From contig NC_057750.1 in NCBI RefSeq assembly GCF_004010195.1, positions 11,941,144 through 12,005,143 of the forward strand: a stretch of 64,000 bases of DNA. Direction: 5' to 3'. This document shows, one piece after another, positions 25,297 to 39,966 of this stretch (position 1 is its first letter; each line of letters begins with the position of its first letter). A program made the position numbers and the translations under genes. The notes beneath the pieces were generated by a model that made no database searches, was not told the DNA's origin, and saw nothing but the letters and a program-made list of their open reading frames with translations. The DNA comes from Chiloscyllium plagiosum (Eukaryota).

Positions 25297-26564
25297 CTGG
25301 AAGTGCAGACAGACAGAGAGTGTGGTTTGATTTAGATAGGTAAAAGGAGGGGAAAGGGGTCTGTGAAACATCGAGGGGGTGCATTCCATTCTCTCCTACC
25401 CCTTCAGCAGGCCAAGCTTTTGGTTTGGTTTTCTAGACTTTAAGAGGTCCCTCACTGATCTGGCAGGGTCCAAGTGCAAGAATCAACATGTATTACCTTT
25501 CCCTACAGTGTGCACTTCCACACTGGCTTGTTCACTCTCAAGCCTCACGTCAGAGTATGTTAAAGGTCAAGGAGGCTTGGGTTAGCCTCTGACCTTTCAT
25601 TTGTGACTGCTGGGTTCAAACTCAATGTGCTGGTGGCCATTATGGAAATTGGTGGGAGTTGTGTGTCAGTATGTGTGCGTGGTAAAGATTGGGTTATATC
25701 AAATTTGCAGCACAGAACCACACCATACACCCAACTCACATGCGTTAGAGTTCTTATGGTGGTTCACCTCAGGTTCCCTTTCATTTAACGTAAGCTCACC
25801 CAATCAGTATAACACTCTATTCTTTTCCTATATGCAAGCAGTTTCCACTAAATATTGCCCTTAAGGGTGGGGAAGGGATATGGGTGTGGTGGTAAAACTC
25901 TGAATCTGCACATTCTACTGCTACGGCTCAGCGCGAATACTTTTATCATTGGGAAACTAATGATGCAAGAATATGCTCCTGGCTATAGATTCTATTTTCA
26001 CTGCTCAGCCACTTTCATAATGGATAATGCCTGTGCTCACACATTCATCAATTTTTCAACCTGCTGTCTCCAGGTCACTGAGTACTCATCAAAGCAACAT
26101 GGGAAGGCTGAACTATAAGGTTTTATTGGGAAATGACAAAAAAAAAGGTGTGTGTGGGAGGGGCAATTTGAATGGAAAAGGAAAAGAGACATGATCAAAC
26201 AAGAAACTGAAAATGATAAAGAGAGGAAGTTGGAATTTTTGTTTGTAATGATGTTGGGAGGGACTGATGTTGGGTTACTGCAGTGTGATTGGAATGTTCT
26301 AAGCCATGCCCAAATTTCTGTTTGCTCAATGTTGCCATGAACCTGTTTCAGGCAAAGATTAATTTCACTCCCACAGCATATTAAGTGGAACTGGAAATAC
26401 ATCAGAAAGGGTGACACTACTGAATTACAAGGCATCTGGTCGATGGAAGACGAATTAAAGGCACAATCCTCATGGAAACAGAGGCAGAACACAAGATGTA
26501 GCATCCACAGAAATCTACAGGTATGAGGAAAAACTTGGGGCTTAACTTGTCCCTTTGTTCTTAC

Positions 26565-26727
26565 CATATCCATTTGTGATCTTCCTGATTGATGGGACTG
26601 TCCCTCTGGCTCCGAAATCATCTGCTCGATTGACTAATGCCTCCTTCACGGTTTCATAGCCACACAACACCACTGCAGGACGTGGTCCAAGCCAGACAGT
26701 GAACACGGAACCATATTTCTTGGCCAA
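26565..26727 (-). CDS. CYP2: CYP2 exon 2 (LAKKYGSVFTVWLGPRPAVVLCGYETVKEALV...NGYG)
   Basis: 163 nt, cag acceptor, g|gtaag donor. Confidence 0.96.
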
Positions 26728-29700
26728 CTGTAACAACCAGGAAATGGGAATTAATTTCCATGAGATGAGATGTGCAATCCAATTAACTGTGGCTATTTGC
26801 AAATAAAGAAAAATCCTTTGTGAGCATATGTACTTGCTTGAGGGCAACAGCTGTGCTACGACCCTCCCCCACCCTCGTCTGACTGAGCACAATATTGGTA
26901 AATCTCAAGCCCACTTCCTGTCCTCTGGAAGTCCTTCCTACAGAAGCTTGACAGCACCAAGGATAAACCAGCCTGCACTGCAACCACTCACCGAGGCTGC
27001 TTTGACAAACCGAACCCATTAGATGAACAAGGGTAGCAAGTGCATGGGATCGCAACACCTGCATGCTCCCCATCCAAGCCACACCCTATCCTGAACTTGG
27101 AACTATATTGCCGTTCCTTCACTGTCACTGAACCAAAACCCCAGAACCCCTTCCTAACAACACTGTAGTGCTCTCTGTGGCACATGGACTGCAGCAGCTC
27201 AAGAAGATGGCTCTTCTCAAGAGCATTGAAGCTGAACAATAAACGCCAGCCTGATCAGTAACATCCACATCTCTGGAATGAATGCTCGTCACTTGCAGCA
27301 AATTGACCTTTGCCATGGTGAACTGATGCTCTGCTTCATCGGGTGAGATATTTTCATCAGGATCCTGTGGCAATGCAATTGACTGAGCATGTGGTTTCAG
27401 ACTCGGTCTGAGAAAATCTGTGGTTATGTCATAAGCGAGGAAAACAATCCTAAACATTAAAAGCTATAGCCTTGCCCCATCAAGGTGTCTGGTATAGAGA
27501 CCACCTTTTTGTTAAAATTCATTCACAGGCCGAGTGTTTTGCCCGCGAGGCCAGCATTTATTGCCTATATTTAATTACCCACCTCTAATTACCCAGAGGG
27601 CAGTTAAGAATCAACCACATCGCTGTGGGTCTGGAATCACACATGGGCCAGACTAGATAAGAATGGCAGTTTTCTATCCTAAAGGACACTAGTGAACCAG
27701 ATGGGTTTTCCCAACAATCAACAATGGATTCATAGCCATCGGTTAGACTCTTAATTCCAGATTCTTATAGAATTCCAAATTCTACCATTTACCATGGCAG
27801 GACTCAAACCCAAGTCCTCAGAATTGAATTGAATTTATTGTCATGTGTACCGAGACATAGTGAAAAGCTTGCAAGCAATACAGGCAGATCACAGAGTTAA
27901 GTCGCATAGATAAGTAAATAATAGGTAAACAACAGCAAAAACATAAACACAGGTACATTACCTGGTCTCTGGATTAACAGTCCAGTGATTGGTAATATAC
28001 TTGGCCATTCCCTCCCCATTGAAGCAAAGGAAAATATGTTAAAATATTTTAGTACACTGGATGCTGTGTACTTATTAGTTGCTATTTCTAAAGCATTTCT
28101 TTGACAGAGTTGCTGCCACAGTATACTGTGTAGCAGAGGGAGGTAAGTGGGTCTTAGATGTCCTGACTATCAATTTAGGCAGGATGTTGAGCCCTGCTCA
28201 ATGGGGCATTGGGTATGTGCCAGCAAGCAATGCTCCTTGAAGTACACCGGGCAGACCCTGTCAGGATCCCTGGGGACTAGAAGCCAGACTTGTGTGTTGA
28301 TGTGATTGAAGTGGAGGGGATGGCAGTGGGGCAGAGAGGGGGAGGGAAGGGGAGAGAGACACAAATTCCCAGAAATTCTGGGGCTCGTGATTTTCATCAG
28401 TTGCACTATAGAAGGGCTCCGGTCTCTGGGTAGATCTCAAGTGTTGGCTATGGATACCAATTGTGAATAGTTTCTTTCTCAGTTTTCCTTGCCCCCCAAT
28501 TAATGATTGAAGCCATTGGATTGAAGGATCCCTGGTTTATAACCTTTGCATAGTCTGTGTGCTTGAACCTCATGGTACACAGTGGAAATTTGCTCACCTT
28601 CAGTCCTGCCCTTCAAACCCTGTACACAACTGGAAGACTTCTACAAGGCTTACCCCATCCTATGCAGGTATATCATGTCATGTCAGGTCAATATGGTGAT
28701 CTGATCATCTGAAGTTTGATATACATCAAAATCCCTTTGGACAATAAACCCGGTGGAATATATTCACAACTCAAATTTGGAGTCCAACCAAGTAAAAAGA
28801 TTTGGGGATTGGACAGGAAACTTGAGTCAGGTAATAGATTGGCCATGATGTTACTGAATGGTAGGGCAGGTTCTTGAGGGGCTGAATGACCTACTTTAAC
28901 TCTCATATCTTATGTCCTGAAAACCTTATTGATCTCAGCAGAGTTGCAATATCTGGGCCTCAGGATATTAAGGTGAAGCTATTTGAGATCTCTCTCCTCC
29001 TGTCTTCACTTGATATCCAAATACTTCTAGTGGGTCTCAAGTTGAGTACAGAGATCTCCAGCAGCCACAACGCGGGCAGCTAGCTGTTGTCAGAGTGCGC
29101 ATTAAAAGGAGGATAAGCTGGAATGAACTGCAAACTGCCCAACATCTGCAGACCACGCTCTTGAGTTTCCTTGAGAATAGAAGATCAAGGGGCAAACCAA
29201 TTGAGGCACTTAAAATGATTAAAGGATTTTAGGATGAAAGAATAGTGTGTGAAACGATTTCGTCTGTAGGCAGCAATCCAAAAAAAAAGCTGGATTCTCA
29301 AATTCGAGTTAGGCAATTCAACATTTCTTCACACACGGGTAGCAGGGATTTGGAATTCTTCCTCCTGAAAAGATGTGGAGGCTATTAAGGGGAAGGGGAA
29401 GTAGTGATGATTGAACATGTTAACACTGAGCTGGATACATTTTTGTGATGTACAGGCATCCAGAGTCACAGAACCGAGGCATCTAAACAGAGTGAAGATG
29501 CAAGTCAGTCATGACCTTAACTGAGAAGCAGAACAGGCTTGAGGGATTGAAGAGTTTCCTCCTGCTCCAATACTCCTTTGATGAGGACCCAAGGGTTTCA
29601 GGAAAGGATACAGGAAATAGGCCCAGGACACAAATGTGGATTTCTGGTCTATATTGCTAAATCACAGAGACACTAAATCAATTTAAATGCAATGCATGAT

Positions 29701-29814
29701 GCCTGAGGAGTTTGATTTATTCCTTTGTGCTCTATGGGCACTTGCTGGAATTAGTTGGTCAATTGCAGTTGCCTTGAAAAGATTGTAGTGGGATGCAATT
29801 AAGTGCTTACTTGG

Positions 29815-30010
29815 TGAAATAACTGCACAGAGGCTGGCATCCCATCACCGAGTCACCCTTCACTTATATGTGCACAGTACATGGGCTCTGACCAGCCAGC
29901 TCAGAGGCAGTCCCTATGCTGAGGAGACCTTCTGAATCTCCTAATTAAAACTGCCACCCAGGACTCCCTGATTGGCCCAGGTTAACAACTCCAATCAAAG
30001 ATCTCATATA
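29815..30010 (-). mobile_element. Solo LTR of the same family as 17904-18190
   Basis: aataactgcacagaggctggcatcccatcaccgagtcaccctt...gattggcccaggttaac. Confidence 0.8.
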
Positions 30011-30169
30011 TTCTTTTCTCGTCAAATTTCAATTCTCAAAGTACTGTTGAACACCTCTGAATTACTAATCATAACATGACCACTACATAACACACCCTAC
30101 AGTCAATAAAAGATGAGGAAAATGTCATCAATCTTAGCATTTGGTACAAGTTTGAATATTAGCCATGAT

Positions 30170-30400
30170 TTGGAGATGCCGGTGTTGGACTGATGTGTAC
30201 AAAGTTAAAAATTGCACAACATCAGGTTATAGTCCAACAGGTTTAATTGGAAACATTAGCTTTTGGAGCACCGCTCCTTCATCAGGTGGTTTGCACCCGA
30301 TCAGGCACAAGTACCTGATGAAGGAGCAGCGTTCCAAAGGCTAGTGCTTCCAACTAAACCTGTTGGTCTATAACCTGGTGTTATGTAATTTTTAACTTTG
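30170..30400. mobile_element. PLE family B inverted repeat
   Basis: Arms ~30200-30288 and ~30313-30400 are complementary; degenerate hammerhead cores. Confidence 0.75.
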
Positions 30401-32484
30401 AAAATTAGCAGTACTTTGAGAATGCTTGTGTGTGGATCTGTATAGATAAGAATACTTATAGATAAGAATAGATAAAAATAGATAAGAAAATCTGTGACAT
30501 TCTCACAGCCTTGCAAGTTACCTCATCCTGTCCGTATGCCAGTGACACTTGCATGACTTTGCAAGTGGTCAATATGCTTCAAGTTTGCAATGTGTAATGG
30601 CCAATCACCAACTGCCATATAGCAATATCTAATACATTTTATCATCGTGCATTTGTTTTGTGTCTACAACATAATTCTGAAGATTAGCATTGCACACACA
30701 GAACGGAGTTGTGGGATTTTCTCAAATGGCACATCCTATACCTTGAGGTATTTGGCACCTCTAATGGGATGTGGTACCATGTAAGGGTTGTTTGAGGTAG
30801 TTCATTGCCCCCCGTCCTCCCTTGTCTTGGACCTACCGAGGAGACAAGTTGAAATTTACTCTCAGGGATATACACTGTATCAACCATCAACTGTGGCTGG
30901 AGGGCTGTTGAGTCGGTGAAAAACATTCTTTGATCTGCTCAAAATGTGTTGGTCTTCCGATGCAAAGAGTGTCCTCGACCAAGTCTTCCAGACTGGCACC
31001 CTTCCAAAGTCCAAGATTACATGTTGAGGAACACACTAAGCTTGGGCCAGCCACTCAGAGGCATAAGGGGGAAATATCAAAGGTTTCTCAGCCACACTAT
31101 ACTGAAGGGTTGGAAATGATAGAACCCCCTTGGACTCTGTGTCTTACAAAGATTGTACATTGCAAAACTAACAAAAATGTATTGAGGTAAATTGTAATGC
31201 AGCATGGTGCACAGAGGAAAATGTTACATTTTTTGCACTTTCATAGTTTCACATTTGCATTGTCTCCACCCGAGGGCTGTTTACCTGACACGGAATGGAC
31301 TTTTAAACTTCTGAATCTTTTACAATCCTATTTAGGAGATCATCCCATATTGGGACAAGTTAAATGTAATTGCACAGTACGCAAAATTCAAGTTGAAATG
31401 TGTTTGCAAATTTTAGGAATAAAGTATATTTTTGGGTAGGAAAGTGGTTAGTTGTCGAGTATACACTAAGAGTATTCTGAGATAAAAAGTTTAAAGCAGC
31501 TATACTTGGTCCATTGTAATTATAAAGACCTTAGGAAGCTTACATTGATACACCACACATGTTCCCTCCAAGTTGCGCAGCTGCGCATGTGCAGCCCTCC
31601 AATGTTCTGCATACAGCGATCAGCAACATCCTGCCAAACACAGCATTGACTTCCAATTCTGAACATTGCTGGCCCACTTGGAGGCCCACATGGCCAATGA
31701 GAAATTTAGAGGGAATGCTGTTTACCACCACCACCTGCATGTCCCACTCCAAACCACACACTAACTTAACGTGGAACTATTTCATCATTCCTCCACTATC
31801 ACTGGGTGAAAATCCTAGAACTCCCTCTTTAGGCACTGTAGGGGCCTCTGAACCATACAGACTGCAACAGTTCAAGAGGACAGCTCACCACTTCCTTCTC
31901 AAGGCAATAGAGGCAGACAAAAAGTGCTGGCCCAGTCAGTGCAGCCCACATCCCGTGAAGAATCTACTCTTTCTGAAAACTAGAGTAGAATTCCTCACCT
32001 TAACTCACAGTGTGTCAAATCAGTAGAATTGGTGGAGCCAATTAACATAAATAGTAACCCCTTCAGAACCATTAATGTATATAACAAGAGACACTGAGAA
32101 TAACTGCTTTTCCCATTGAACTACTTAAAACCAGTTGCAGACAAACTCCAACAAGCTCCACAATCAGGATTGATCAATCTCCTTCGAAGTACCAATGATG
32201 CCACCTCTCCTTTTGCCGGCCTGTGGTCCACCATTGATGGCCATGTCATATCTGCTGCAATCATGGAAAAAATAGCACTGAATGCCTCCCTCATTGACTG
32301 AGGTACCCAGAGACAGAAGTCTGATTCATGGATTTGGATAAGTGTTTCAGGTAAACCTGCCCAATTAGAGATTTGCACTCCTGACCTAAAAATGATTCAG
32401 CCAATTCAGAAAGGACGAAAAGTTCTGAAAATATTAGTCCCAGACTCGGGTCAACCATCAGGTGCTCTAGTTTACTAGTGATAG

Positions 32485-34790
32485 AGTCATATGGTCATAG
32501 AGATGTACAACTTGGAAATAGATCCTTCAGTCCAACTTGTCGATGCTAACCAGATACCCAAAATTAATCTAGTCCTATTTGCCAGCATTTGCCCATATTC
32601 CTTTAAATCCTTCCTATTCATATACCCATCCGGATACCTTTTAAATGTTGTAATTGTACCAGCCTCCACCACTTCCTCTGTAGCTTATTCCATATGCGCA
32701 TGACCCTCTACATGTCCCTCAGGTCCCTTTTAAGATTCGATGTCGTACAGTGTGGAAACAGGCCTTTGGGCCAACCAGTCCAACCGACCCTCCGAAGCGC
32801 AACCCGCCCAGACCCATTCCCCTACATTTACCCCTTCACCTAACACTACGGGCAATTTAGCATGGCCAATTTGCCTAACCTGCACATTTTCTTTGGATTG
32901 TGGGAGGAAACCGGAGTACCCAGAGGAAACCCACGCAGGCACGGGGAGAACGTGCAAACTCCACACAGTCAGTCGCCTGAGGCGGGAATTGAACCCGGGT
33001 CTCTGGCGCTGTGAGGTAACAGTGCTAACCACCGTGCCACCGTGCCGCCCACGGTGTCTTCCCTTCTCACCTCAAGTCTTTTAAGTCTCACCTTTTAAGT
33101 CTCACCTTTTAAGTCTTCCCTTCTCACCTCAAACCTAAACTTTCTGGTCTTGGACTCCCCCACCACAGGGAAAAGATCTTGGCTATTCACCCTCATGGCT
33201 TTATAAACCTCTAGAAGGTCACTCCTCAACCTCCGATGCTTCAGAGTAAACTGCCCCAGACTATTCAGCCTCTCCCTATAGCTCAAAACCTCCAACCCTG
33301 GCAATATTCTTGTAAATCTTTTCTGAACCGTTTCAAATTCAACAACATTCTTCCTACAGCAGGGAGATCAGGATTGAATGCAATATTCCAAAAGTGGCCT
33401 AATCAGTGTTCTGCGTAGCTGCAACATGACCTCTCAACTCCTATACTCAATACTCTGACCAATAAAGGCAAATATACCAAATGCTTTCTTCACTATCCTG
33501 TCTACCTTTGACTCCACTTTCAATGAACTATAAACGTGCACTCCAAAATCTCTTTGTTCAGTAACACTCCAGGACCTTACTATTATGTGTACAGGTCCTG
33601 CCCTGATTTGCCTTTCTAAAATGCAGCATCGCACATTTATCTAAATTCAACTCCATCTGCCACTCCTCAGCCCATTGGCCCATCTGATCAAGATCCCTTT
33701 GTACTCTGAGGTAACCTTCTTCACTGTCCACTAAACCTCCAATTTTGGTGTCATCTGCAAACTTGCTAACCATAACTCCTATGTTCACATCCAAATTATT
33801 TATATAAATGACGAAAAGTAGTGGACCCAGCACCGATCCTTGTGGCACTCCACTGGTCACAAGCCTCCAGTCTGAAAGACAACCCTCCACCATCATCCTC
33901 TGTCTTCTACCTTCCAGTTCTGTCTCCAAATGGCTAGTTTTCCCTGTATTCCATGTGATCAAAACATGCTAACTAGTCTACTATGAGTAACTTTGTCGAA
34001 TACCTTACTGAAGTTCATACAGCTCACATCCACTGCTCTACCCTCATCAATCCTCTTTGTTACTTCTTCAAAAAACTCAATCAAGTTAGTGAGACACGAT
34101 TTCCCAAGCACAAAGCCATGTTTACTATCCCTAATCAGCCCTTGCCTTTCTAAATACATGTAAATCCTGTCCCTCAGGATTCCCTCCAACAACTTGCCCA
34201 TCACCAATGTCAGGCTTACTGGTCTATAGTTCCCTGGTGTTTCCTTACCAACTTTCTTAAGTAGTGGCACCACATTAGCCAACCTCCAGTCTTCTAGCAC
34301 CTCACCTGTAGCTATCCATGGTACAAATATCTCAACATTGGGCTCAGCAATCACTTCCCTAGTTTCCCACGGTGTTCCAGGCTACACCTGATCATGTCCC
34401 AGGGATTTATCCACCTTTATGCATTTTAACACATCCAGCACTTCCTCCTCTGTAATATAAAGATTTCTCAAGATGTTACTATTCATTTCCCCACATTCTC
34501 TATCTTCCATGTCCTTATCCACAGTAAACACTGATGCAAAATACTTGTTTAGTATCTCCCTATCTTCTGCACTTCTACATATGGATGGTCTTGCTGATCT
34601 TTAAGGGGCCCTATTACACTTTTGTCCTGAATGTATTTGTTGAATCCCTTTGGATTTTCCTTTACCCTATTTGTCACAGCTATCTCTTGCCCCCTTTTTG
34701 TCCTCCTGAGTTCCTTCTAAAGTATACTTCTACTGCCTTTATATTCTTCTAGGGATTCTCAAGCTCTCATGTCAACACCTGACAAGTGTT
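32485..34790 (-). mobile_element. CR1-clade LINE ORF2 3' part, frameshifted, with an HE1 SINE inserted at 32731-33050
   Basis: [55 protein letters not shown]. Confidence 0.92.
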
Positions 34791-35829
34791 TTCTCCTTAC
34801 TGTTGACCAAAACCTCAATTTCTCTAGTCATCGAGCATTCCTTACACCTACCAGCCTTACCCTTCACCTGAACAAGAACATTCTGTCTCTGGGCTCTTGC
34901 AACAACACAACCACTATTTGTGGGTAAGTTCACTTCCCACAGTTTTATTGCTAGCAAGCACAATCAAATATGTCTTACATGCTCCACTTTTACCTCCCTA
35001 AACCTCTGTATCCCCACCTTTAAGGGAAGTAAATGTTACCATAGTCCCTGGGATGAAAGGTTGCTCTTTCAGATCAACAATCTCAGGCAGGTTGATAAGG
35101 CAGGGCCTTCTTGCCTATTACACGATCATAAAGGTGTCATTCAGCATTACGAATGAACCAGCCATTCAACCAACCAAACTGACCTATGGAAGATGGCAAC
35201 TATAGCCTCCTTTTTTTAAAAAGTTCATTCATGGGATGAGGATACCACTGTCTAGTTCAGTATTTATTGCCCATCCCTGATTGCCCAGAGGGCAGTTAAG
35301 AGTTAAATACATTGCTGTGGGTCTGGAGTCACATGTAGGCCAGACCAGGTAAAGATGGCAGTTTCCTTCCCTGAAGGACATTAATGAACTTGGGGTTTTT
35401 CCAACAATTGACAATGGATTCATTATCATTGTTAAAGTCTTAATTCCAGATTTTTTTTTGTGGAATTCAAATTCCACCATTTGCCATGGCAGGATTTGAA
35501 CCCAGGTCCCCAGAGCATGACCGGGCTCTCTGGATTAACAGTCCAGCAATAATACTACTAAGCCATTTCCTCCCCATTAAACTCCATCATGGGCTAAAAG
35601 TGACACTGGGCCCTACGCACCTTAGTGCTGTACCAGTTGTGAGGAGTGAAGGCAGTGCGGAGCTACTTGAGTCTGGAATGTTCCTGGGGTGTCAGGTTCA
35701 CTGTCACCTTTAGTCCATGGTGGAATTTCCAAATGAGGCATAGAAAACTCTGAGTATGGGCTCTGAATACAAGATTAACTTTGTCAAGTTTACAAGCACT
35801 GCCAAGATGGAGCAATCTTCATTTGAAGC

Positions 35830-37095
35830 CTGACCTGGTAAGATTATATTATTAAGGATGAGATTGCAGAGTACTTGGAAGTGCATGGTAAACAGGGCAG
35901 AGTCAGCCTGGCTTTGGCAAGGAGAGATCATGCCTGACCAACCTGTTACATGTTTTTGAGGAGGTAATGAGCAAGTCAGACTGGGGAGATCAATGGACAT
36001 GATCCATTTGGATTTCCAGAAGGTCTCTGACAAGGTCCTACACAGGAGACTGCGAAATAAAATAAGAGTCCATGGTATTAGGGGCAAGGTACTGGTCATG
36101 GATAGAGGATTGGCTGTCTGGCAGAAGGCAGAGAGTGGGGGTAAAGGGGTCTTTTTCAGGATGGCAGCTAGTGACTAGTGGAGTTCCGGAGGAGTCAGTT
36201 TTTGGATCCTAACTATTCACGTTATACATTAACAATGTGGACAAAAGAACTGAGGCTGATGTTACTAACAGATCAACACATCTCAGGCAAGTTGATAAGG
36301 CAGGGCACACTATGAAAGTGGGCAAATAAGGAGCAGATGGAATACAATGTAGGAAAGTATGAGATTATGTACATCGGCAATAGGAACAAAGGCATAGACT
36401 AATTCCAGATGAGAAAAGGCTTTGGAAATCTGAAAAACAAAGGGACTTGTGAGTCCTAGTTAGTTGATGGTTAGGAAGGTAAATACATTAGCATTCATTT
36501 CGAGAGAGCGAGAAATTAATAGCAGGGGCTGAGGCTGTATTAGACAGTGGTAAGATCACATTTAGAATATTGTTTTGGGCCCCTTGCCTAAGGAATGAGG
36601 TGTTGGCCTTGAAAGGAATCCAGAGGAGAAGATGATAAGAATTATCCTGGGAATGAAGGGCTTGTCATATGAGCTGTGGTTGAGGACTCTGGGTCTCTAC
36701 TTGATGGAGTTTAGGAGGATGAGGGAGGTCCTCACTGAAACTTGCAGAATGCTCAAAGGCCGGATGGAGTGGACATAGAGAAGATGTTTCCACTAGTAGG
36801 AGATAATAGGACCCTAAGGTCCAGCCTTAGAATGAAGGGATGAACCTTTAGAACTGAAGGGGAACCTTTTCAGCTTGGGAGTGGTGGGTCTGTGGAACTC
36901 ATTGCCGCAGAAGGTTGTGGCGACCAAATCGTTGAGTGCATTTAAGACAGAGATAGACAAATTCTTGATTGGTAAAGGGATCGAATGTTGCAGGGAGAAT
37001 GCAAGAGAATGGGGTTGAGAAACATACAAGCTATGGCAGAACAGACCTGATTGGCCAAATGGCCATTTCTGCTCCAATAGCTTATGGTCTTATGG
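35830..37095 (+). mobile_element. Older degenerate CR1 LINE
   Basis: IHLDFQKVSDKVLHRRL; cttatggtcttatg tail. Confidence 0.8.
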
Positions 37096-38034
37096 AGACA
37101 GGTTTTGTCCTGCTACATTGAGAGTAATTTCTCAATATCCAAATTTTGCACATTTTCTGCTGTGTCAATCTTCAATCTTCCTGGGTGGTCTGGTAGATGG
37201 GAGATGTAAGCTGTTTAGCTTAGAATTTGACAGGGTTTGCAGTTGTTCTTTTAGCCTGGCAATAGTTATGTATAAAGGATTCATTTAATTTCTTTCCTAT
37301 CTCACCCCAATTTTTTTGCACTTTTACTCATGATGATCCTCTGTACCCCACTCAAGTGGCCTTTCTTCCTCCCTGAGTCAAGACAATGATTGTCATTCTG
37401 CTGTTGGACTATGGAGAGACTGGAGGTAGCTGATTCCTCTGCTCTACTGGGCATACAAACATGCTGAGGTGGTTTATTTCCCAAAGAAGCTGGCTCCAGG
37501 GAAGCACTTCAGAGGCTCACCTAGAAAGGTAGCCATTGGGTTTGAACCCCATCTGGGATCATAAACATGAGTAAGGACAAGGGGACTATGTTATGCACAA
37601 ATGAAGATCTGAAGGCTGCGGGTTCAGGAGCTGTAGATGTTGGAGGTGAGTGGAGCACCCACACACCTCCTCCTTCTCCACTGATAACCGTAGGTATGTA
37701 CAAGGAAGGAGGATCCAAGTACCCTTTCCCACTGCTGGAAAACACTCTTTAGACCTGGACCTTTAATTATCATCTGAACGCCACAAGTTGATCTCACTTC
37801 CATCAGAAAGAGATGGGTGTGCTTGATCTGATTAGAGGTATCTGGGTGGATCTTACGTTGGGTTCGGACTGAAGGAACTTCCAACTTGGGAAGTCCTACT
37901 CCTTGGTCCTAGTGAACCTCCCTCCCCCCACCCCCTCCAAATTCCTGTACTCCTCAACCCTTTAGTATCAATGGTCTAGTAACTGTCTGGGTTATTTGTC
38001 TAATTGTAGGGAATGGACCTCTATCAACCTTTGC

Positions 38035-38231
38035 TACCTTCTCCCCAGCTCCACACCCCTCTCCCCCCATTTATCTCTCCACCCTGGAGGTTCCTGCCTC
38101 TATTCCTGATAAAGGGCTTTTGCCCGAAACGTCGATTTTCCTGCTCCTCAGATGCTGCCTGACCTGCTGTGCTTTTCCAGCACCACTCTGATCTAAACTC
38201 TGGTTTCCAGCAACTGTAGTCCTCACTTTTG
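38035..38231 (+). mobile_element. PLE family A 3' fragment
   Basis: 17-bp TSD cctctatcaacctttgc. Confidence 0.8.
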
Positions 38232-39555
38232 CCTCTATCAACCTTTGCGAGATCTTGGTATAGGTAATGTTAGTCTAGTGGTAATGTTACTGAACAAATA
38301 ATCATGAGGCCAAGCTAATGATCTAGGGCATGATTTCAAATCTCACCTCAGCACCTGGAACTTTGCTTTATAAAATCAACTTGCTTTGACGCACCTCCAG
38401 GACTTGTATCCAGAGTTTCTGGTCCAGACTACCACAGCACCAGAAGAGCCCTTCCCTTATTACTTGGGAAGATTAATCTTTATTATAATAGCTTTGAAAT
38501 TGGAAGCTTCTCTCAGTAATAGTGACTGATTAAACTCATCTGCCTATAGCTGACTCAAGACTCAGAGCAATTAGACTCTTAACAGTTCTCAAGTGGCCTA
38601 GCAATGCACTCAATTTGAGGGCATTTAGGACTTTTCCCACGTTCTGTAAAGCAGCCTGCATGAAGTTTAAACAAAATTGTTAGTGCAACATAATCTCCAA
38701 CAGAACTGGTTCTAGTTTTTGTCAGATGTGAGTTGACATCCACACGCACCCCTTACCCCCACCCACAACACACCTCATCTGCTCCTGCTATTTTAAATCA
38801 GTTTGTGTGTCACCAATGTGTTGTCTGTAGAATTTAATAAATATAAATCTATTTATCCAAATGGCAGTTTTTCTTCAATGGATCTCTTTTGTCCAAAACC
38901 TTTGGTTGTTATTTGATCATTTGTAATATTAAAAAAAACATTTTTCTTATTGGACAGCTGGGGTCCATCTGAAAACCACCAGGGAGTTTTCAGTTTATAC
39001 AGTGGAAAAGTCCCACCAGATGCTCAGGATAAATAATATTTGTCCAGGAAAACAAATAATCATTTATTGCAGGGACTGTAAATGCATGACTCTCAAAATC
39101 CTCAGATGTTGCAACGTTGTGAGGCAGTCATTGAGACAATTTGAGGTTTAAATGTTTGAAATCATAAAGTCATACCAATTGTTGAATGACGGAGCGTAGA
39201 AGGAAACTATTCCGCTTATTGTCTGTCGCTGAGACTGTCACCGGTTAATCTCAATTCCTGTGGTTTTTCGCCATATCTCTGAAAATATTCTCCTTCAAGT
39301 ATTTATCTGAATCCCCATTGAAAGCTGTCACTAAATCTATATTAATTTCAGCTGATATCTGAGTGAAAATGGAGAATGGAATCTCTCAGTAACAACATTT
39401 TGTTAATCATTTATTCATACTTCTGGGATCTTCCTTTGCAAATCTTACCTTTTCTACCTTATAAAACACCAAAAATAAATGACTGGCTGGAACACATCCT
39501 AAGGGTGTGAAAGACATCGACATAATGGATGTGCTCTCTTTCTTTCTAACTTTTA

Positions 39556-39966
39556 GAACATAGAACATAGAACGTTACAGTGCAGTACAGGCCCTTCGGT
39601 CCTCAATGTTGTGCTGACCTGTGAAACCAATCTGAAGCCCATCTATGCTACACTATTCCATTTTCATCCATATGTTTATCCAAAGACCATTTAAATACCT
39701 TTAACGTTGGTGAGTCTACTACTGTTGCAGGCAGGGCATTCCCTACTACTCTTTGAGTAAAGAAACTACCTCTGACATCTGTCCTATATCTGTCACCCCT
39801 CAATTTAAAGCTACATCCCCTCGTGCTAGCCATCACCATCCGAGGATGAAGGCTCTCACCCTATCTAACCCCCTTTATTATCTTATATGTCTCAATTAAG
39901 TCATCTCTCAGCCTCCTTCTGTCTAAAAACAGCCTCAAGCCCCTCAGCCTTTCCTCAGAAGACCTT
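39556..39966 (-). mobile_element. CR1 LINE 3' end
   Basis: TRGCSFKLRGDRYRTDVRGSFFTQRVV; tandem agaacat tail. Confidence 0.85.

Noticed and set aside
28588..28640. Donor-like site aag|gtgagcaaa (minus), resembling the exon 1 donor, as an alternative first coding exon
   Set aside because: In-frame TGA five codons upstream and no signal-anchor or PPGP sequence; at most a non-coding cryptic exon.
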